In this document: piece by piece, positions 54,258 to 58,848 of the stretch
How positions within the stretch are numbered: the first letter of the stretch is position 1
Layout: the number at the start of each line of letters is the position of its first letter
Source: Candidatus Woesearchaeota archaeon
Lineage (GTDB): Archaea; Nanobdellota; Nanobdellia; Woesearchaeales; JAGVYU01
Reading direction: 5' to 3'
Assembly: GCA_043810355.1 (NCBI GenBank)
Contig: JBDROB010000047.1
Span: forward strand, 1 to 58,848
DNA length: 58,848 bases
The notes under the pieces: generated by a model
The model's input: the letters and a program-made list of their open reading frames with translations, nothing else
The model's database searches: none
What the model was told of the DNA's origin: nothing
Position numbers and translations under genes: made by a program

Positions 54258-55325
54258 ATGTCAAAATATAATCCAAAAAAGTTTCTCCATGTTGAAGATA
54301 TTAAGATCAGTAGGGCTACTGCGAAACTTCTGGATGAGGCTACAGAGGTCTATAATAAAAACTTTGACAATAAAACCTGGTTTGGAAGATGTCTATTCCT
54401 GAGCTGGTACTGCTCAAGGGCAACATGCAAGTTCTGTTTCAGGGCAACCAGGAACCATCAGAAAAGGTTTGCCAAGAAATACAGGAGATCAATGGAGGGT
54501 CTTTTGCTTGAAGCATTATTCTGCAGGATTTTCAATTGGCGCATTGAGTTCCTTACAGGCGGTTATGATATCTATGATTTCAAAGAACTGATTGAGACAA
54601 TCAAGAGCATTAAGCTTGTCTATGGAGAAAAGATATGGATTAATCTTGGAACATTTGATGAGTCTCAATTGAAACAATTAAAGCCTTATGTCAAAGGTGT
54701 CTGTGCTTCAATTGAGACAGCTAATCCCATATTGCATAAAAAAGTCTGCCCAGATAAGCCTATCAGACCATTCTCAGACATGCTTAGACAAGCAAAAAGA
54801 TTGGGATTTGAGACAAGTGCTGCATTTATAGTAGGCTTAGGGGAAAAGCCTGAAGACATAGAACATCTGTTCAAATTCATTGAAAAGCACAATCTAGACA
54901 GGATAACTGTCTATGCCTTAAAGCCAGTGGCAGGGACAGTATTTACAACTCCCCCTTCTTCAGATGAATATCTTCAATGGCTTGCTAAGATAAGGATCAA
55001 TTTCCCTAAATTGGAGATCATGGCTGGTACCAACTTAAGAAGGTCAGAAGAAGTAGGCTATTACATGAGGGCAGGTGTTAATGCAATCACTAAGTATCCA
55101 GCATCAAAGCAGTTTGCCACCAAAAAATCCATGCTTGTTGAAAGATTGATTAAGTCTGAGAAAAGGGATTTCACCTCAAACCTGACAAAACTCCCAAAAA
55201 TCAACTGGCATAAAGAGATTGATAAATTGAGGATAAATAGGCAGTTGAAGGAAAAGATGGAATTAAAGATTGACTCTTATCTTAATGGTTTTAAGAATCC
55301 TAAGGATGAGGATAAAGAAATTTAG
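54258..55325 (+). CDS. radical SAM protein (BioB/ThiH-like) with CX4CX2C spacing
   Basis: SWYCSRATCKFCF. TIM-barrel-length body. Starts 2 nt after the U32 stop. Confidence 0.65.
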   Translation: MSKYNPKKFLHVEDIKISRATAKLLDEATEVYNKNFDNKTWFGRCLFLSWYCSRATCKFCFRATRNHQKRFAKKYRRSMEGLLLEALFCRIFNWRIEFLTGGYDIYDFKELIETIKSIKLVYGEKIWINLGTFDESQLKQLKPYVKGVCASIETANPILHKKVCPDKPIRPFSDMLRQAKRLGFETSAAFIVGLGEKPEDIEHLFKFIEKHNLDRITVYALKPVAGTVFTTPPSSDEYLQWLAKIRINFPKLEIMAGTNLRRSEEVGYYMRAGVNAITKYPASKQFATKKSMLVERLIKSEKRDFTSNLTKLPKINWHKEIDKLRINRQLKEKMELKIDSYLNGFKNPKDEDKEI

Positions 55326-55382
55326 AAACCTTTAAATATTCTAACGTATTTATGTTTTTTAACATAATGGAGGTTAAACACC

Positions 55383-55625
55383 ATGGTATCAATAACCCTA
55401 TCAGTCCCAGAAGAGACAAGGAAACTTATGAAAAGATTCCCAGAGATGAATTGGTCAGGTTTTGTCAGGAAGACTATTGAAGAAAAAGCAAAAGCATTGT
55501 CATGGAAAGAGGAAATGCTCAAGCAATGGGAGAAAGAAAAGCCTCTTGCTGAAGAATTGGTCCGAGATATTAAAAAGATTAGGAAAGGGAGATTTAAAGA
55601 ATTACAGAAAAAAGGATTGATATAA
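55383..55625 (+). CDS. vapB: antitoxin-like small protein
   Basis: MVSITLSVPEETRKLMKRF. Abuts the PIN gene (ATAATG). Confidence 0.65.
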   Translation: MVSITLSVPEETRKLMKRFPEMNWSGFVRKTIEEKAKALSWKEEMLKQWEKEKPLAEELVRDIKKIRKGRFKELQKKGLI

Positions 55626-56050
55626 TGAAGATTGTCATAGATTCAAACATATTATTCACTTATTTCTGGAAAGATTCATATCTAAGGAAGATATTAAAAG
55701 AAAAATTAGTTGTATTTTTCATACCAAATTATTCTTTATATGAGCTGGAAAAATACTTGCCCACACTAAGGATTAAGGCCAAATTATCTGAAAAAGAAAT
55801 TAGGACTATAGTTGAATTCTTGAAAGAAATAACTTTTTTTATCCCAAGAGGATCATATAATGATTCAATGAAATTGATTAAGAAAAGAATTACAACAGAT
55901 CCAGATGACATTGATTTTATTGCATTGGCTTATAAGCTAAAATTGCCTCTTTGGTCAAATGATAGGGAACTAAAAAACCAAAAACTAATTCCTGTTCTTA
56001 ATACAAAACAGATTATTGAATTAGCAGATGAGTTTGCCAATGATAAATAA
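55625..56050 (+). CDS. vapC: PIN-domain toxin
   Basis: MKIVIDSNILFTYF ... DPDDIDFIALA. Confidence 0.75.
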   Translation: MKIVIDSNILFTYFWKDSYLRKILKEKLVVFFIPNYSLYELEKYLPTLRIKAKLSEKEIRTIVEFLKEITFFIPRGSYNDSMKLIKKRITTDPDDIDFIALAYKLKLPLWSNDRELKNQKLIPVLNTKQIIELADEFANDK

Positions 56051-56055
56051 AAATA

Positions 56056-56307
56056 TCATCTCTTATAAATATTTTTTACCCACCATTTCTTGATAAATGG
56101 CAGTGATAGTGTTGATAGGATGAACCCAATGGTCGGGACTAAAGCATTTAACCAAGGCTTGTTGTTTCCGATAGTCCAAAGAAACCAGACAGCAATGAAA
56201 TATGTGATTATAGCAATGATACCTCTTCTGGTGAATGAAGTCTCCCATGCCTTGTCTGCCTCAACTCTCCTGTTTCTGTCTTGGATAATTTTAAATTTTG
56301 ATTCCAT
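56056..56307 (-). CDS. small two-TM membrane protein
   Basis: ORF 56056..56325. Hydrophobic IIAIITYFIAVWFLW and LVPTIGFILSTL. Confidence 0.5.
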   Translation of the reverse strand: MESKFKIIQDRNRRVEADKAWETSFTRRGIIAIITYFIAVWFLWTIGNNKPWLNALVPTIGFILSTLSLPFIKKWWVKNIYKR

Positions 56308-56359
56308 GATCAATATTTCAAACAAAGTATTATATAAAACTTACTGCAAAATTATTGTG

Positions 56360-56473
56360 CGGCGTGGGCGGGATTTCCAGTCTTAGGGGGTTTATATCTT
56401 TGAACCCGCATGAGATAAGGAATACCTCAACAAGTTTTCAGCTTGTTGCACAACCAGGTTGTGCGTCCACGCC
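56360..56473 (-). tRNA. tRNA-like gene, anticodon GAA, with a 19-nt extra arm and a 25-nt insertion in the T-loop
   Basis: Minus strand reads GGCGTGG-AC-GCAC-AACCTGGTT-GTGC-A-ACAAG-CTGAAAA-CTTGT-[TGAGGTA TTCCT TATCTCA T]-GCGGG-TTCAAA[25 nt]T-CCCGC-CCACGCC-G. TATA-like palindrome 20-30 nt upstream (56485-56508). Confidence 0.6.
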
Positions 56474-56520
56474 ATTGCACAAATAGCAAATTTTATATAT
56501 TTGCTATCACATCATATCTT

Positions 56521-56575
56521 TGATAAGGAATATCTTAACAAAGATTCAGTTTGATGCACACATTTTGTGCGTCTT
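56521..56575 (-). pseudogene. partial diverged duplicate of the tRNA(GAA)-like gene (D-arm to extra arm)
   Basis: The minus strand reads GAC-GCAC-AAAATGT-GTGC-A-TCAAA-CTGAATC-TTTGT-TAAGATATTCCTTATC. The acceptor and T-arm are absent. Confidence 0.55.
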
Positions 56576-56731
56576 TTTCTTTTTTTCATAAATTTATTTA
56601 GGACAAGTCCTTAATAAGTTTAATTGAGTCTTTTTCGTAAGATATTCTCAGAAACTGAAAGATTTTTGAATTCAAAAAAAATTTTTCAAGAAAGCGAAGA
56701 AAAATTAAAAAATTCACAAAATATATATAAA

Positions 56732-56932
56732 TTATTTTTGATATCTAGTATGCATATAAGTCAAAGTGCCATCAATCACTCCCTGGGCAAACTGAAGCAA
56801 TAGAGGATGATCATCTGTAACTCCAACTATTGGTGGCATTGGTTTCGCATCTATGCATTGCTGTTGATATTGCCTCTCAACTTCCATGTCATCCAATATT
56901 CTTTCCAGTCTCTTTGGCCCTATCCTTACCAT
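56732..56932 (-). CDS. hypothetical small protein
   Basis: ORF track. One of three co-oriented small ORFs. Confidence 0.35.
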   Translation of the reverse strand: MVRIGPKRLERILDDMEVERQYQQQCIDAKPMPPIVGVTDDHPLLLQFAQGVIDGTLTYMHTRYQK

Positions 56933-56948
56933 TCTCTTTCTCCTGGAA

Positions 56949-57245
56949 TCAGCATTCCATTATCTTCACTTTCTCAATCCATCTTATGGGTATGGCTACC
57001 AGATCAATTCCATTTGCATTGCTTATGTTTGTTGCAACACACAATACTTTCTTGTCTTGTGCAACAATCCTGCCCATAGTCCTAGTCGGACAGAGAAAAT
57101 CCAATAGTTTGCTCATGTTCAGTTTTTCAACATTCATATGAGCGCAAGCATCCAGCCATTCAACCTCAACCAGTGCCTTGTCGTCAATCTTCATCCCTCT
57201 ATCCAAGTCTTTTTGGGTTGCCATCCTCGCAATAGGGACAACCAC
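56949..57245 (-). CDS. hypothetical small protein
   Basis: ORF track. Confidence 0.4.
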   Translation of the reverse strand: MVVPIARMATQKDLDRGMKIDDKALVEVEWLDACAHMNVEKLNMSKLLDFLCPTRTMGRIVAQDKKVLCVATNISNANGIDLVAIPIRWIEKVKIMEC

Positions 57246-57275
57246 CCTTTCCTGTCTTCATTGTTTTCATTTTCT

Positions 57276-57590
57276 TCACCTTTGGCTTGACCTTTGGCCC
57301 GGTCTAATTGTTGGCAGCATATTCAAATATTTTTTACCCACTATTTCAGAAACTAATAGAGCCCTATCTAATTCCCTTCTGGCTAACTGAGATTCATAAC
57401 CATGTTCTTCTATAGCAGATCTTGCTGCACTGACACTGTCTCTGATATGATCACAGTCTTTGGAATGCTCTGAAGTGTATAATTGCCTTCTTCGGCACAT
57501 GTTTTCAACAACTCTGCAAACTTCTATTTCTCTAGTCATCATGTCTTCTAGGTCTTCTCTTGTCATCTCTTCTGTCATTTTTGCCTCCAT
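57276..57590 (-). CDS. hypothetical acidic small protein
   Basis: ORF track. Confidence 0.4.
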   Translation of the reverse strand: MEAKMTEEMTREDLEDMMTREIEVCRVVENMCRRRQLYTSEHSKDCDHIRDSVSAARSAIEEHGYESQLARRELDRALLVSEIVGKKYLNMLPTIRPGQRSSQR

Positions 57591-57645
57591 CAGTTGATGT
57601 TATCACTGATACAATTAGATTATACTGGCTCCTTTATATATATTA

Positions 57646-58112
57646 TTGAAGATTATTCAAAAATTAACCGAAAAATATATAAATAATGGGATATTATACG
57701 AAGATATGAAGGATATTACTAAGAAAATTATAGATCTGTTCAAGTCAGGATATTGCACACCTCAGATAGCCAGGGTTGCAAAAAAGCTGAAAGAGCCATC
57801 CACCACTATCCATTATAATGTCAAAAGGCTTGAAAAGAAGGTGCAATAAAAGCCTATAAGGCAGTATTTGACTACAAGAAGATTGACAAAGGCCATTGCA
57901 CTTATGTCCTTGGCAACCTTTCATCTGATAATTATGCAGAGCCAGAAGTAGTTGCAAAAGATATTGCAAGACATGATGAGGTTGAGAGCATTGACATTGT
58001 AACAGGAGATTATGAGATATTGATGAAATTAAGGACAAAGGACATTGATGAATACTATCAATTTGTCAAGTTCTTGATAAAAAATATGGATTTGTCAAGA
58101 CCTATTCAATAA
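57646..58112 (+). pseudogene. Lrp/AsnC-like regulator split by a 1-nt frameshift
   Basis: Frame 1 ends ...TTIHYNVKRLEKKVQ* (57849). Frame 0 continues from 57834 as GAIKAYKAVFDYKKIDKGHCTYV...DIVTGDYEILMKLR to TAA 58110-58112. The junction lies in AAGAAGGTG. Confidence 0.65.
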
Positions 58113-58157
58113 CTTCCTTAAAACAGGTAAAGACAGAGTTTGTTGAGTTGTGAAAAA

Positions 58158-58724
58158 ATGGACCCATTAAAAATAATCAGGAAATACTATAAACCAGGAT
58201 CAACTGCTTACAGGTTTATTGTCACACATGGCAGATTGGTCCAGAAAAAGGCAGTTGAGATTGCTAAATCAGCTAAAAAAAAGAATCCTAAACTAAAGAT
58301 TGACATGAAATTCCTTAAGGAAGCAGCAATGCTCCATGATATTGGCGTCATTAATGTCAGGACTTTGCACATGGGCACTGTTGGAACAAAGGATTATATT
58401 CATCATATAACTGAAGGAAGGAAGATACTTGTAAAAGAAGGTTTTCCAAAGCATGCAAAAGTGTGCGAGCGGCATATTGGAGTAGGCCTAACAAAAGATG
58501 ATATAATAAATCAAAATCTTCCCCTGCCTAAAAGGGATATGGTTCCGATTTCAATTGAGGAAAAGATAATCTGTCTTGCTGACAAGTTCTACACCAAATA
58601 TCCTCCAAAACTTAAAAAAGAGAAATCCTTGAGAGAGATAAGATCAACAATCAAGAGATATCCTGGAGGGCAATTGAGGAAATTCAATAAGTTATACGAG
58701 GAGTTATTCAGTATCTCCGATTAG
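58158..58724 (+). CDS. HD/HDIG-domain phosphohydrolase
   Basis: AAMLHDIGV, HHITEG, ERHIGVG. Confidence 0.75.
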   Translation: MDPLKIIRKYYKPGSTAYRFIVTHGRLVQKKAVEIAKSAKKKNPKLKIDMKFLKEAAMLHDIGVINVRTLHMGTVGTKDYIHHITEGRKILVKEGFPKHAKVCERHIGVGLTKDDIINQNLPLPKRDMVPISIEEKIICLADKFYTKYPPKLKKEKSLREIRSTIKRYPGGQLRKFNKLYEELFSISD

Positions 58725-58848
58725 AAATTAACTCCTCCTAAATGCTCAGAAAAAAGCAAATAGGAGAAGCTATGGTTTAATTTTGCTAATAAAACCATGG
58801 CTAATATAATATCTTATCTTCAAAAATGTTTCGATTCTGAAACAAGAA

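Noticed and set aside
56359-56475. Plus-strand structured ncRNA (long stem GGCGTGG...CCACGCC with internal hairpins)
   Set aside because: The same pairs resolve into a cloverleaf with a standard anticodon loop and D-arm on the minus strand, with a TATA-like box upstream on that strand.
56807-57390. Plus-strand ORFs 56807..57079, 56830..57141, 56886..57107, 57178..57390
   Set aside because: They mutually overlap in three frames, are Leu/Ser/Phe-rich, and lie antisense to the more protein-like minus-strand ORFs.

Overview
This is an AT-rich archaeal window. Evidence for archaeal origin: ribosomal protein L15e, TrmB and Lrp/AsnC regulators, a family-B DNA polymerase, TATA-type promoters and tRNA-like genes with insertions. 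All function calls come from motif recognition by eye. Coordinates I derived myself may be off by a few nt.

Positions 1-14.1 kb look like an accessory island. It holds ORF-less compound palindromes, an ArsR/permease pair, VapBC-type toxin-antitoxin pairs and an IS200-type insertion.

The most notable feature is five consecutive single-gene modules (5.9-11.9 kb).
- Each module is enclosed by its own nested inverted repeats, and the repeat termini are shared across modules.
- The modules are separated by co-oriented spacers carrying a GTTAARY core-like box.
- The array ends at three closed hairpins and a tyrosine recombinase (12368-13246).
- This resembles an integron-type cassette platform but does not fit the classical attC architecture.

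A 32-44 nt sequence ending in a TATA box occurs three times (673, 2782, 14095). The third copy lies in front of a PolB that lacks recognisable exonuclease residues.

Further right are:
- an ECF-sigma-like gene;
- a two-component system;
- a radical-SAM/SDR/cyclase operon;
- a LAGLIDADG gene flanked by duplicated tRNA 5' ends;
- a cluster of Tat-signal hydrolases;
- a fused pyrB-pyrI;
- a U32 peptidase plus radical-SAM pair;
- an unusual tRNA(GAA)-like gene with a partial duplicate;
- several frameshifted genes.

No CRISPR array or rRNA gene was seen.
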